Below are positions 52,636 through 63,360 of a stretch of 64,000 nt of DNA, piece after piece (the first letter of the stretch is position 1; each line of letters starts with the position of its first letter). Below the pieces are notes generated by a model. The model had not been told where the DNA came from and made no database searches. It worked only from the letters and a program-made list of their open reading frames with translations. The position numbers and the translations under genes are program-made. This stretch comes from an uncultured Gaiellaceae bacterium (lineage in GTDB: Bacteria; Actinomycetota; Thermoleophilia; Gaiellales; Gaiellaceae), in the NCBI GenBank assembly GCA_963805135.1, contig CAWDSX010000024.1, positions 20,805-84,804 on the forward strand, in the 5' to 3' direction.

Positions 52636-53193
52636 TCAACCATGCCGTTTTCCTGGGGTTTTGCGCAGCTCCAGCAGCCCACTCGCCCGGAAGAGCGGCC
52701 GGAGCCGCACACCGAGTCGAGCGAGAGCGTCGGAGCCGCCCTCCTCCCGGTCGACCACACAGACGGCGTTCCTGACGACGAGGCCCTCGTCGCGGACGGC
52801 GGACACCGCCTCCGCGAGCGCGCCGCCCGAGGTGACGACGTCCTCGATGAGGCACACCAGCTCGCCCGGTGCGAAGACCCCCTCGATGCGTTTGGCCGTA
52901 CCGTATTCCTTGGTTTCACCGCGCACGATGATGAAGGGCAGACCGGACGCCATTGCTGCCGAAGCTGCCAACGCGACCGCCCCGAGAGCCGGGCCGGCAA
53001 GCCGAACGGCGTCGGGCTCGCACTCCCGCGCGGCACCTGCGAGGGCGTCCCCGAGCTCTCTGAGGATCTCGGGCTCGGTCTCGAAGCGGTACTTGTCGAG
53101 GTACCACGTCGAGCGGCGGCCCGAGCGGAGGACGAAGTCGCCCTCGAGCAGCGCCCGCTCGACGAGGAGCGCGCCGAGCTCGTCGTGGGTCAC
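52636..53193 (-). CDS. pyrE: orotate phosphoribosyltransferase
   Basis: FVLRSGRRSTWYLD and the LIEDVVTSGG PRPP-binding loop. The GTG start overlaps the upstream TGA. Confidence 0.9.
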   Translation of the reverse strand: MTHDELGALLVERALLEGDFVLRSGRRSTWYLDKYRFETEPEILRELGDALAGAARECEPDAVRLAGPALGAVALAASAAMASGLPFIIVRGETKEYGTAKRIEGVFAPGELVCLIEDVVTSGGALAEAVSAVRDEGLVVRNAVCVVDREEGGSDALARLGVRLRPLFRASGLLELRKTPGKRHG

Positions 53194-53381
53194 GTTCGAA
53201 GTGCGCCGCGCGTGATGGACGCCAGCCGCTCGAAGCCCGGCGTTCCCGGCTCGAGCACCACCGCCGACCCGTCGGCGTACGAGATGCCCGCCCGCTCCTC
53301 CGAGCCCGACGGCCCGAAGAGCTTCCGCCACGCCCACACCGCGAGCAGGACGAGAAGGACGAGCCGAACGAGCTTCCTCAC
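53190..53381 (-). CDS. 63-aa membrane-anchored small protein
   Basis: It has an N-terminal TM helix LVRLVLLVLLAVWAW. GTGA overlaps at both ends couple it to neighbouring genes. Confidence 0.45.
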   Translation of the reverse strand: MRKLVRLVLLVLLAVWAWRKLFGPSGSEERAGISYADGSAVVLEPGTPGFERLASITRGALRT

Positions 53382-53770
53382 TCCGCCGCCTCCTCCTTGG
53401 GCTTGCGCGCTGAGCGCTTCCTCTTGGGAGCCGCCCGCTCGATGGCCTGCGCGCAGGTCCGGAGGTCGTAGACGACGAGGCCGGACGTCGGCTTCGGACC
53501 GGTGGTCGCAGCGACGATCCGGCCGCCCTCGCGAACGACGAAGAACGCGCCCTCGTCGAGCTCTACCTCAACCCGTGTGACCTCGCCGCCGTCCGCCCTG
53601 AGATCCCCGGCGGCCGCGACGAGCTCGAGCGTCGACGCGGTGAGTGACGCCGCCACGGCCGGATCCTCGGACGAGACCGCGAGCACCGACCCCTCGCCGT
53701 CGAGCGCGACGGCCGCGGTGATCTGCGACGACAGCTCCATGAGCTCCGCGAGCGCCTGTGCCGCATCCAT
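53378..53770 (-). CDS. Roadblock/LC7 (MglB-like) domain protein
   Basis: 130 aa: ALAELMELSSQITAAVALDGEGSVLA...FFVVREGGRIVAATT, plus a basic tail. Confidence 0.7.
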   Translation of the reverse strand: MDAAQALAELMELSSQITAAVALDGEGSVLAVSSEDPAVAASLTASTLELVAAAGDLRADGGEVTRVEVELDEGAFFVVREGGRIVAATTGPKPTSGLVVYDLRTCAQAIERAAPKRKRSARKPKEEAAE

Positions 53771-53783
53771 GCGGCCGACGCTA

Positions 53784-54338
53784 TCAGCGTTCGGCGAGCG
53801 TTTGCGCGAGCGCACCGGCCGCCCTGGCCCGGTGCGAATGCTCCGCCTTCCAGGCGTTCCCGAGCTCTGCGACGGTCCGCGACTCGCCGATCGGCACGAA
53901 GATCGGGTCGTAGCCGAAGCCCTCGTCGCCCCGGCGCTCGGACGCGATCTCGCCCTCGAGCGTCCCGGTCGCCCGCAGCTCTGCGCCCTCCGGATCGAGG
54001 ACGACGAGCTCGCAGACGTAGCGAGCCCGCCTGTCCGCGGCGTCGCCGAGCTCGGAGAGGAGCTGCGCAACGCCGTCGGCCGCCCAGCGGGCGGACTCGA
54101 CGCCCGGCCTCCCGCCGAGCGCGTCGACCTCGATGCCCGAGTCCTCGCCGGCGACCCAGGCATCGGCCGGTGCGCTGCGCCGGCCGTGCCGCGCCTTGAT
54201 CCGCGCGTTGTCGACGAACGTCACGCCGTCCTCGACCGGCTCGTCGTCTGCGCCGAGGAGGTCGATCTCCCAGGAGGGCAGTGCCGCCCGCAGCTCCCGC
54301 AACTTGCTCTCGTTGTGCGAGGCGAGGAAGAGCCTCAC
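53784..54338 (-). CDS. rdgB: dITP/XTP pyrophosphatase (Ham1/RdgB family)
   Basis: 184 aa with SHNESKLRE, GEDSGIEVDAL, FGYDPIF and SHRARA. Confidence 0.9.
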   Translation of the reverse strand: MRLFLASHNESKLRELRAALPSWEIDLLGADDEPVEDGVTFVDNARIKARHGRRSAPADAWVAGEDSGIEVDALGGRPGVESARWAADGVAQLLSELGDAADRRARYVCELVVLDPEGAELRATGTLEGEIASERRGDEGFGYDPIFVPIGESRTVAELGNAWKAEHSHRARAAGALAQTLAER

Positions 54339-54353
54339 TGAACCGTGCGCAAG

Positions 54354-54423
54354 CCCGGGAGGTCGCTAACGCGAACCTCCCGGGCGCGCAAAGATCCCTG
54401 AAGCGCGACTGCTTTGCAGTCGC
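54354..54423 (-). repeat. composite intergenic element, copy 2 (hairpin, 17-nt motif, hairpin)
   Basis: CCCGGGAGGT-N11-ACCTCCCGGG, then CGCAAAGATCCCTGAAG (15/17 identical to copy 1), then GCGACTGC-ttt-GCAGTCGC. Confidence 0.5.
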
Positions 54424-54450
54424 TGGTCGGAGCGATCGTCCGTCCCACGG

Positions 54451-55156
54451 TCACTCGGCTGCGGTAGCTTCGGCCTGCGCCGCGGCGAGCTTCGGCGATC
54501 CCGCCGGCGGCGAGGTCGAGCAGCGAGTCGAGGAGCTCGCGCGAGAAGGGATCGCGCTCCGCGGTCGCCTGGACCTCGACGAGACGTCCGTCGCCGGTCA
54601 TGACGACGTTCATGTCGGTCTCGGCGGTCGAGTCCTCCTCGTAGTCGAGATCGAGCACCGCCTCGCCCTCGACGATGCCGACGGACACTGCCGCGATCGA
54701 GCCCGACAACGCCTTCGAGAGGCCGAACCGCTCGAGCGCGCGACTCGCGGCGATCCACGCGCCCGTGATCGACGCGCAGCGCGTGCCGCCGTCGGCCTGG
54801 AGGACGTCGCAGTCGAGCCAGAGCGTCCGCTCGCCGAGCGCCTGAAAATCGCAGACGGAGCGCAAAGCTCGGCCGATGAGGCGCTGGATCTCGACGGTTC
54901 TCCCGTCCGGGCGGCCACGCGACACGGCACGCTGCGTGCGCTCGCCGGTCGACGCCGGGAGCATCGCGTACTCCGCGGTCATCCACCCGCGGCCCGACTT
55001 GTAGAGCCAGCGCGGGACGCCCTCCTCCACGGTCGCGGTGCAGAGGACGATCGTCTTGCCCTGCGCGTACAGCACCGAGCCGTGCGGCTGCTCGAGGTAG
55101 TCGGTGAGGATGTCGAGCTCTCTGAGCTCGGCCGCCTTGCGGCCGTCGTGCCTCAC
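54451..55156 (-). CDS. rph: ribonuclease PH, with one frame disruption near 54500
   Basis: VRHDGRKAAELR, TAEYAMLP, EIQRLIGRALR and DCDVLQADGGTR. The tail KLAAAQAEATAAE continues in another frame to a TGA at 54451. Confidence 0.9.
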
Positions 55157-55992
55157 GCCGCCGCCTCGAGGGTCGCGACCTCGACATGCTCCGCGGCGTC
55201 GATCGGGAGCTGGAGGAACCGCTGCCCCTTGGCACGGAACAGCTCGGGGTCGCCGGTCGTGAGGAACCGGTACGTGCCTTCCCGTGCGTCGTCGTTCTCG
55301 ATGCCCTTGCGCGCGAGCGTCTCGGCTGCCTCGCGGGCGGTCTCCTCCGCCGAGAAGACGAGCGTCACCCCACGGCCGAAGACGCGCTGGAGAGCGGGAC
55401 GGATCAGCGGGTAGTGCGTGCACCCGAGGATGACCGTGTCGACGTCCGCCTCCTTGAGCGGCGCGGCGTACTCGCGCACGGCTTCCGTCAGCTCCTCGCC
55501 GAAGACGTCGTCGCCCTCGATGAGCGGGACGAGCCGCGGGCATGCCACGGCGAACAGCTCGGCGCCCGCATCGAGCGCGCGGACGAGCTCGAGGTATCGC
55601 CCACTCGCCACCGTCGCCTCGGTCGCGAGCAGGCCGATCCGGCGATTGCGCGTTGCGAGGACCGCGGCATGCGCCTCGGGGGCGAGGACGCCGATCACGG
55701 GGACGGACAGACGGCGCTGGAGATCCGGGAGCGCGGCCGCGGTCGCCGAGTTGCACGCGGCCACGATGAGCTTCACGCCCTGCGCCTCGAGGTAGCCGGC
55801 GATCTCGCCCGCGAAGCGGCGGATTTCGTCGAGCGGCCTCGGGCCGTACGGGAGTCGCGCGCCGTCGCCGAGGTACACGAAGTCCTCGTGCGGCAGCGTG
55901 ACGAGACACTCGTGGAGAACGGTCAGACCGCCCATCCCGGAGTCGAACACGCCGATGGGGCGCGGATCCATCCGCGGGATTCTAGGAGCCAC
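55153..55992 (-). CDS. murI: glutamate racemase
   Basis: Intact 279-aa ORF with GVFDSGMGGLTV, ACNSA and GCTHYP. Confidence 0.95.
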   Translation of the reverse strand: MAPRIPRMDPRPIGVFDSGMGGLTVLHECLVTLPHEDFVYLGDGARLPYGPRPLDEIRRFAGEIAGYLEAQGVKLIVAACNSATAAALPDLQRRLSVPVIGVLAPEAHAAVLATRNRRIGLLATEATVASGRYLELVRALDAGAELFAVACPRLVPLIEGDDVFGEELTEAVREYAAPLKEADVDTVILGCTHYPLIRPALQRVFGRGVTLVFSAEETAREAAETLARKGIENDDAREGTYRFLTTGDPELFRAKGQRFLQLPIDAAEHVEVATLEAAA

Positions 55993-56016
55993 CGCGGCCC
56001 GGTACGCTTCGGCCCC

Positions 56017-57435
56017 GTGGTGAAGGTCTGGCTAGCGGCGCTGGCAGGCGCGCTCGCCCTCGTCGTCGGCGACGCCGCCGGGTCCCCGGTGGCGAGGCAG
56101 GACCTCACGATCCCGATGGACGACGGGGTCTCGATCGCGGCGACCCTCTACGTCCCCGACGGCGCGGTGCCCGCGGGAGGGTGGCCGGCGATCGTGTTCC
56201 TCCACGGGCTCTCGGGGAACCGCCAGCAGATGAACGCGCTCGTCGAGGGCTACGGCTTCACGGGCGGGCCGTACGCGATCCTCACGTTCGATGCTCGAGG
56301 GCACGGTGAGTCCGGTGGGCTCGTCGGCATCGACGGGCCCCGAGAGGTGGCCGACACGCGAGCGGTGCGCGACTGGCTCGCCGCCCGCTCGGACGTGTCC
56401 GACACGAAGATCGGCGCGTGGGGAATCTCATACGGCGGCGGCGCCGTCCTCAACTCGCTCGTGGCAGGGGTGCCCTGGGCCGCGGTCGTGACGGTCGAGA
56501 CCTGGACCGACCTCTTTTCGGCGCTCATGCCGCAGGGGCTCGTGAAGTCGGGGCTCGTCGCCGGTCTCGCGGGCTCGATCCCCCCTGGCAAGCGCGACCC
56601 CTCGCTCGTCGCCGTGCAGGCTGCGGCGTTCGCCGGGAACTCCGCCGTGGTACGACCCTGGACCGATGCGCGCTCGAGCATCTCGAAGCTCGGCTCGGTC
56701 ACGACGCCCGTCTTCATGGCGCAGGGCCGACGCGACTTCCTGTTCGGGATCGACCAGGGCGTCCAGGCGTATCGCGCGGCTGAAAGGCCCCAGGGCGCTC
56801 TACGTCGGACTGCACGGCCACGCGCCGTCGGCGTTCCCGGCGGCTGATACAGGCTTCCTCATGACCCGGGTGCGTGCCTGGTTCGACTGCTACCTCCGGA
56901 GCACCGGCTGTGACGGGAACGAGGCGTCCGTGTACGTCGCGTCCGAGAAGTTCAGCGGCCAGGTCTCCCGCCGCGGTGCGACGCTGCCCCCCGTCTCGCC
57001 GACGACCGTCTCGTTCCCCGGTGTCACGACGTTCGCACGCAGCGGCAAGGCGGTCCGCACGTCGCCGCCGCTCCGAACGCCGATCGAGATCTTCGGGGCG
57101 CCGACCGTCCAGACCTCCGTCGCCGCGAGCGGCGGGTGGTCGCGGCTCGTCGCCGTGCTGACGGCCCGCACGCCGCAGGGCAAGGAGATCACCGTGGCGG
57201 CCGGCGGAGTGCCGACGAAGCCGGGTGCGCAGAAGGTCACGATTCGGCTCGGGAGCCAGGCGACCTATGTCCCGAAGGGCTCGCGCCTCACCGTCGACGC
57301 TCGCGTCGTCGTCGACGCGCGCAGTCGTCGTCGAACCTGCTCTACCTCGACCTTCCGATGGCGCAGAGCGCTCGCGCGCGCGTCGGAACCGCGATCCTGA
57401 AGCTTCCCGGCCTGCGAACGCCGGTCACGAAGTGA
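56017..57435 (+). CDS. secreted alpha/beta hydrolase, CocE/NonD (S15)-like, with at least 2 frame disruptions
   Basis: It has a signal peptide and a GISYGG nucleophile elbow. A ~200-aa beta-rich C-terminal domain is split over ORFs 55186.., 56666.. and 57136... Confidence 0.6.
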
Positions 57436-58643
57436 CGCTGCGCGCCGCAGTTCTCGCACTCGCCGCGCTCGCGCTCGTCGCGTCGGCGGGAGCGAGCCCG
57501 ACCGCGGATCCGGGGGTCACGGCGACGAGCGTCCTCCTCGGAGGAACCGTCCCGCTCACCGGCGAGGCTGCGGCGTTCGGGACGGTCGCGCCCGGCGCGA
57601 AGGCGTATTTCGACTACGTGAATGCGAAGGGGGGCGTCAACGGACGGAAGATCGAGTACCGCTACTACGACGACGCATACAACCCCGCGCAGACCGTCCA
57701 GCTGACACGGCGGCTCGTCGAGCAGGACAGGGTGTTCGCGGTCTTCAACTCGATCGGCACCGCAAACAACCTCGCGATCCGGGACTACCTGAATGCGCAG
57801 AAGGTGCCGCAGCTCTATGCCGCCGACGGCTCGCAGTCGATCGGCCGCAGCTTCGCCAAGTACCCGTGGACGATGGGCTTTCTGCAGAGCTACCGCGGCG
57901 AGGGCGACGTCTACGGGAAGACGATCGTGAAGTCCCGGCCGAAGGCCAAGATCGCCGTGCTGTACGAGAACACGGAGCTCGGTCTCGACATGCTCACCGG
58001 CCTCACGCGGGCGATCGCCGGCAAGGGCCCGCGGGTCGTCGCGAAGCAGGCCTACGAGTTCACGGGCGCGGACGTCTCGGGCCAGATCGGCCTCTTGAAG
58101 GCGTCGGGAGCGGACACGCTCATGCTCTTCGCGACCCCGAAGTTCTTCATCAACGCGATCGTGGCGACGCACAAGCTCGGCTGGAGACCGCAGGTGTACA
58201 TCGCGTCCGTCTCGATCGAGCCCACGATCATGGGGATCGCCCGCTTCAACGCCCCGGAGCTGACGAAGGGAGCGCTCTCGATCGCGTTCGTGAAGAACCC
58301 GAACGACCCGATCTGGGCGAAGGACAAGGCGGTCGCCCTGTACCGGTCGATCATGCGGAAGTACAACCCGACCGGGAGGCCGACCGACGTCTACAACTGG
58401 TACGGCATGACCGTCGCGTGGACGATGGTCGAGACCCTGCGCAAGGCGGGGAAGAACCTCACGCGCGCCGGGCTCCTGAAGGCGGCGCAGAGCCTCGACA
58501 CGCTCGCGAACCCGTTTCTGCTCCCCGGGATCCGCCTCGAGACCTCCCGCACGGACTACCGGCCGATGGAGCAGGTCTACCTCTACCGCTATGACAACAA
58601 GCAGTGGGTGCGCTCGAGCGGGCTCCTCCGGGCGAGGGGCTGA
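57432..58643 (+). CDS. ABC transporter substrate-binding protein (branched-chain amino acid, LivJ-like)
   Basis: About 403 aa with no frame disruption: a signal peptide, then LGGTVPLTGEAAAFG...YFDYVNAKGGVNGRKIE. The GTG start overlaps the upstream TGA. Confidence 0.85.
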   Translation: MTLRAAVLALAALALVASAGASPTADPGVTATSVLLGGTVPLTGEAAAFGTVAPGAKAYFDYVNAKGGVNGRKIEYRYYDDAYNPAQTVQLTRRLVEQDRVFAVFNSIGTANNLAIRDYLNAQKVPQLYAADGSQSIGRSFAKYPWTMGFLQSYRGEGDVYGKTIVKSRPKAKIAVLYENTELGLDMLTGLTRAIAGKGPRVVAKQAYEFTGADVSGQIGLLKASGADTLMLFATPKFFINAIVATHKLGWRPQVYIASVSIEPTIMGIARFNAPELTKGALSIAFVKNPNDPIWAKDKAVALYRSIMRKYNPTGRPTDVYNWYGMTVAWTMVETLRKAGKNLTRAGLLKAAQSLDTLANPFLLPGIRLETSRTDYRPMEQVYLYRYDNKQWVRSSGLLRARG

Positions 58644-58691
58644 GCACCGAGAGCCGCTGTGACAGACTCGCCCCATCGAAGAGGAGGACAC

Positions 58692-59731
58692 ATGAAAGGA
58701 CGAATCTGGACCGTTGCCGTCGGGCTCGCGGCGCTCGCCGCGCTCGTCGCCGTACCCGCCGCGATGGCCGCGTACACGTCGCCGAAGCTCGAGGTCACGC
58801 AAACGGCGACCGACGATCGTCGTCAAGGCTCACGCCGACCCCGAACGACGACCCGACGGCCGCAGTCGCATCGTCGCGCCCACCGGGACGCAGCTGACGA
58901 CGAACCAGGCGCCCGGGCACGTGCTCGGGCCCGGTCGCGGCGCTCGTCAAGGCGCTCGACCTCGCGGAGCCGACCTTCCGCTCGAGGGACAGCTCGTCGT
59001 CGCGGCGCCCGGCCAGGTACCGGCGGCGACGCAGACCGCAGTGCATCAGGGCGCGACGCCGCTCGCGACGTGGGTCATGGTGCTCGCGGCGGCCGGCCAG
59101 ACGCTGCCGGTCCCGATCTACCTCGTCGCCGACCTCGGGACGCGACGACTGCGCTCGGCCCGGCATACATCGCAGGTCTGCCTGCCTCCGCCCGACGTCC
59201 CGGCTGGAACGCCAGGGCGCGCGACGTTCGGCGTGAAGGTCGTACAGCGCCGAGCTCTCGATCAACGGCGTCTTCAGCCAGGTCGCGACTCGGCGCTTGG
59301 ATCGCCTCGTGGGCGCCGTACACGCCCGGGCACCGGCAAGCCGAACCCGCCGGGCACCGTCGCGTCGCCGGCGGCGATCGCACCCGGGCGCCGTGACGAT
59401 CTCCGCGAAGCGCTCGGGGCGGGGCGACGTCGTCACGGGCTCGCGTGACACAGGCCGGCCAGCCCCGTGGCGGCGCGACCGTCACGGTCCTCGGAGGCGC
59501 GAAGGCGACGGGCTCAAGCGACTGCGGAAGCGCGTCAAGGTCTCCGCGAGCGGGAAGTTCGCGTTCGAAGTCGCGGTCGGGACGTTCTTCCGCGCGGACG
59601 CCGTCGCGAGCCGGCGCGGCCGCAGCGCCGCTCTGCACGCAGCTCGCAGCCGCTGCTCGGCGCCGATCCCGTGCGTGAACCCGACCGTGAACGGCTTCGC
59701 GGCCAAGAGCAAGGTCGTCCGCAAGAAGTAG
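58692..59731 (+). CDS. secreted hypothetical protein, with at least 4 frame disruptions
   Basis: The ATG follows GAGGAGGA. It has the signal peptide MKGRIWTVAVGLAALAALVAVPAAMA. The body is readable only by switching among three frames. Confidence 0.4.
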
Positions 59732-59743
59732 CGACCGACGTTC

Positions 59744-59774
59744 GTAGGGGGCCGGCCGACCGCCGGCCCCCTAC
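59744..59774 (+). terminator. GC-rich terminator-like hairpin
   Basis: GTAGGGGGCCGG-ccgaccg-CCGGCCCCCTAC forms a 12-bp stem 13 nt after the stop. There is no clear U tract. Confidence 0.5.
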
Positions 59775-59784
59775 GCTTCCTCGC

Positions 59785-60651
59785 ATGCCCGCGACCGTCC
59801 GTCTCGGCACCTGCAGCTTCGCGGACGAGGGTCTCGTCAAGACGTGGTACCCACGCGGCGTCTCGACGTCGAAGGCCCGCCTGCGCGTACTACGCGGAGC
59901 GCTTCGACACGGTCGAGGTCGACTCGCCGTACTACCACCTCCCCGATCCGGGGGTGACGCTGAACTGGGCTCAGCGGACACCACCCGAGTTCACGTTCCA
60001 CGTCAAGGCGCACAAGACGATGACGTGGCACGAGGGCGAGCCGAACGACGACGCCTTCGCTGCGTTCCGCGCGTCGCTCGAGCCGCTCGAGCTGTCGGGC
60101 AAGCTCCGCGGGATCCTCATGCAGTACCACCCACGGTTCGTCAAGTCGGCGGATGCGCTCGCCGAGCTCGAACGCGTTCGCCCGCGGCTCGAGCCTCTCG
60201 TTCCGCTCGTCGAGTTCCGCCACCGGTCGTGGATGGAGCCCGACGAGCGTGCCGACACGCTCGCGTTCCTCGAGGCGAACGGGCTCGCGTACGTATCCGT
60301 CGACACGCCCGATGACGCGCGCGTCGAACGTCATCGCGCGGCACGCAGCCGCGACGCACTCGGTCGCGTACGTCCGCTTCCACGGCCGCAACGAGAAGAC
60401 GTGGAACATCAGGGCGGAGAAGTCCTCGGAGCGCTTCGACTGGATGTACTCGGCGGAGGAGCTCGCGGAGTGGGTCGAGAAGCTCGGCCGCCTCTCGTCC
60501 GACGCCGACGAGGTCTACGCCGTCTTCAACAACAACCGCGACGACTTCGCCCCGCGGAGCGCCGTGATCCTGCGCGGGCTGCTCGAGGAGGCCGGCATCC
60601 CGGCCACGCGGAGGCATCGAGCCGCCGCCGTTGGCGCCGACCCTGTTCTGA
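59785..60651 (+). CDS. DUF72 family protein, with at least 3 frame disruptions
   Basis: RLGTCSFADEGLVKTWYP, YYAERFDTVEVDSPYYHLP and EFRHRSW...VRFHGRN are spread over three frames. Confidence 0.7.
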
Positions 60652-60664
60652 GTACAGTCCGCCG

Positions 60665-61363
60665 GTGCGCGTCCTCTCGGTCACCCACGGCCCGAGCGTC
60701 CCGGGCGGCGTCTTCGACGAGGCCGTCGAGGCCGCCGGCCACACCCTGGAGCGACTGGCCCGTGCCCGAAGGAGGCACGCCCGATCCGGCCGACGAGCTA
60801 CGACGCCGTCATGGTCTTCGGCGGCTCGATGCACCCGGACCAGGACGACCGCTTCCACTGGCTCGCGAACGAGGAGGAGTTCCTCGCGGACGTGCTCGCG
60901 GCCCGGGTTCCGGTCTTCGGCGTCTGCCTCGGCGCGCAGATGCTCGCGCGAGCCGCCGGAGCGGGCGTCCGGCCCGCGAGCGCGCCCGAGATCGGCTGGC
61001 TCGACGTCTCCCTCACGCCCGCGGGGCGCGCCGACGCCGTGCTCGGCGCGCTGCCCGCCGCGCGCCACCGTCTTCCAGTGGCACCACTACACGTTCGACC
61101 TCCCGCGAGGCGGCGTGGAGCTCGCTCGCAGCGACGTCTGCACGCAGGCGTTCCGGCTCGACGGTCGGCCGGCCTGGGGAATCCAGTTCCACGCGGAGGT
61201 GACGCTGAGATGCTCTCGTCGTGGGCCGAGGAGGACCCCGACGAGCTTCCGATGCCCGCCGCCGAACTGCTCGCCCAGTCGAAAAGTGTGATCGGACGCT
61301 CCAACGCGCAGGGTCGGTGGCTGGTCGACGCGTTCCTGCGTGAGGCAGCCGCGTCGGCGCTAG
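60665..61363 (+). CDS. class I glutamine amidotransferase-like protein, with at least 3 frame disruptions; 3' end uncertain
   Basis: VRVLSVTHG, the FGVCLGAQMLA nucleophile Cys motif, and WGIQFHAEV. The proposed stop is the TAG within the CTAG shared with the convergent rhodanese gene. Confidence 0.6.
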
Positions 61364-61701
61364 TCCGCGACCTCGCGCGACCACTCGTGCCAGGAGCCGA
61401 CGTAGTTACGGGCCTTGTACCCCGCCCCCAGAAGTACCTCGGCGGCGAATCGCGACCGGCTCCCCGAGTGGCAGTAGGCGACGATCTCGGATCCCTCGGG
61501 TAGGCCGACGAGGCTCCGGACCTCCTGCGCGCTCCGGCAGGCCACGATCTGCTCGAGCGGGAGGTTCACGGCGCCCGGGATGTGTCCCTGCCGCGGGTCG
61601 CAATGCGCGCCCGCCGCCCCGTCGAACTCGAAGGACGTGCGGACGTCGAGCACCGTCAGCCCGTCCTCGCCGAGCCGCTCGCGGAGCTCAGCGAGCGTCA
61701 C
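61360..61701 (-). CDS. rhodanese-like sulfurtransferase domain protein
   Basis: About 113 aa with LDVRTSFEF, GHIPGAVNLP and the active-site loop YCHSGSRS. Confidence 0.8.
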   Translation of the reverse strand: MTLAELRERLGEDGLTVLDVRTSFEFDGAAGAHCDPRQGHIPGAVNLPLEQIVACRSAQEVRSLVGLPEGSEIVAYCHSGSRSRFAAEVLLGAGYKARNYVGSWHEWSREVAD

Positions 61702-62331
61702 GTCTTCCACTGGCTCAGGAAGTCGAGGAGGACCTCGTTGAAGCGGTCCGGCTGGTCGACCGCGACGAAGTGTCCGGCGCCGGGGAAGACCTCGAGACGT
61801 CCATCGAGCGCGGACGCTGCGAGCTGCTCCGCTTCGCCACCGAGACGAGGTCGTCACGGTCGCCGACGCAGACGAGGAGCGGGCCGCCGAACGACGCCGA
61901 CGACGCCCGAGAGATCGAGGCGATCGCGCATCGCCTCCTGCGCGACGCGCAAGGTGCTCCAGGTTCGCGTCCTCGTCCGCGCGATCGGGGACGTGTCCGG
62001 CGCGAAGCGTCGAGGATCATCCGCTCGCGGAGGCGGCGACGCTCGAACGTGTCCGCGTCGGCGCGCGAGCCGACGAGCACCATCCCCAGGATCCGCTCGG
62101 GCGCGCGGCGGGCGAGCGCGAGCGCGCAGTAGCCGCCCATCGACGCGCCGACGGCGACGAGCGGGCCGTCGAAGTCGCGGAGGAGCTGCGCCGCCCAGTC
62201 GTCGATCGACGGCCCGCGCGCCGTAGAGGTGCGGGGCCTCGGGATCGAAGCCGGCCTCGCGCAGCGCCGAGACCTGCGAGACCCAGATCCGCTCGCGAGA
62301 CCGGCCAGCCGTGGAGCAGCAACACCTTCAC
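61698..62331 (-). CDS. alpha/beta hydrolase, with several frame disruptions
   Basis: VKVLLLHGWP, the GASMGG nucleophile elbow, and a C-terminal GAGHFVAVDQPDRFNEVLLDFL. GTGA overlaps at both ends. Confidence 0.65.
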
Positions 62332-63356
62332 GAGCGCTCGATCCTGACGGAACCCTCGAGGTCGGGCGCGTCGGCCCAGCCGGTCTCGGCGCCCTCGACG
62401 TGCATGGCGGCCGCGAGCTCGGCGAGGAGCTCGCGCGCCGGCGGGAGGTCGGCCGGGGCGCGGCGCGTCCGCGCAACGCGGCGAACGGCGTCGGGATCGG
62501 CGCCGCGTGAGCCGGGCGACGACCGTCGGGTTCGCCGCGAGCCCGACGACGTCGCCGGGCGGAAGCGGGCCGTAGAACTCGGGCACGGAGAGGTACTCGT
62601 CCACGATCCTCCCTCGCTCGAAGAGGATCATCCGCACGAGCTCCTCGCGCTCGACGCCGAGCAGCAGGCGTCACGGCGCCCATCCTGTCGGAGAGCTCGC
62701 GCGCGAGCCGCCGGAGCATCTCCGGGTTGCGGTCGCAGACGTCGTCGTAGACGGCGATCCAGCCGCCACGCGGCGGCGCGACGAGCGAGCCGCGCGAGCC
62801 GCCGGGGAGCCTGCGGGACGAACTGCCGCACGGCCTGCTCGACCGCGCTCAGGTCGTCCGACTGGATGTGGATCGAGCCGAACGACGCCGCCTCCTGCGC
62901 CCCGAGCCGCTCCTCGAGCGCCGCGACCGAGCCGGTCATGACGACGACGTCGTCCTTGAAGCCCCCAGCGCGCGTAGAGGGAGCGAGCGACGTGGTTCGA
63001 CGCCTGCACGTCGAGGTCGAATTCCTCGATCCCGAGCTCGCGAAACGCCGCCGAGGACCTCGCGCATGAGCTCCGTCCCGATCCCGCTGCGCCGCGCATC
63101 GCGAGCGACGTAGAGGTCGGTCAGCGTCCCGAAGCCCGACGCCGCGGCGCCGCGCGAGCGCGAATCCGACGGGGGTCCGTCGTCGTCCTCCGCGACGAAC
63201 GCGATCTCGGACGCGATGATCTCGCGCGATCTCGCCGAGCTCCTTCTCCTCGTCCGCCGGTCCCTCGTGGGTCGGCGGAGGGACCTCGTGGTCGAACTCG
63301 CGCCAGAGCTCCGCGATCGCGTCGAAGTCGTCGGCTGCCGCACGCCGGACGTTCAC
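62328..63356 (-). CDS. GNAT N-acetyltransferase with an extra C-terminal domain, with many frame disruptions
   Basis: MNVRRAAADDFDAIAELW, LYVARDARRSGIGTELM and ARSLYARWGF. The C-terminal part is IHIQSDDLSAVEQAVRQFV...MILFERGRIVDEYLSVPEFYG. Confidence 0.55.
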
Positions 63357-63360
63357 GCGC

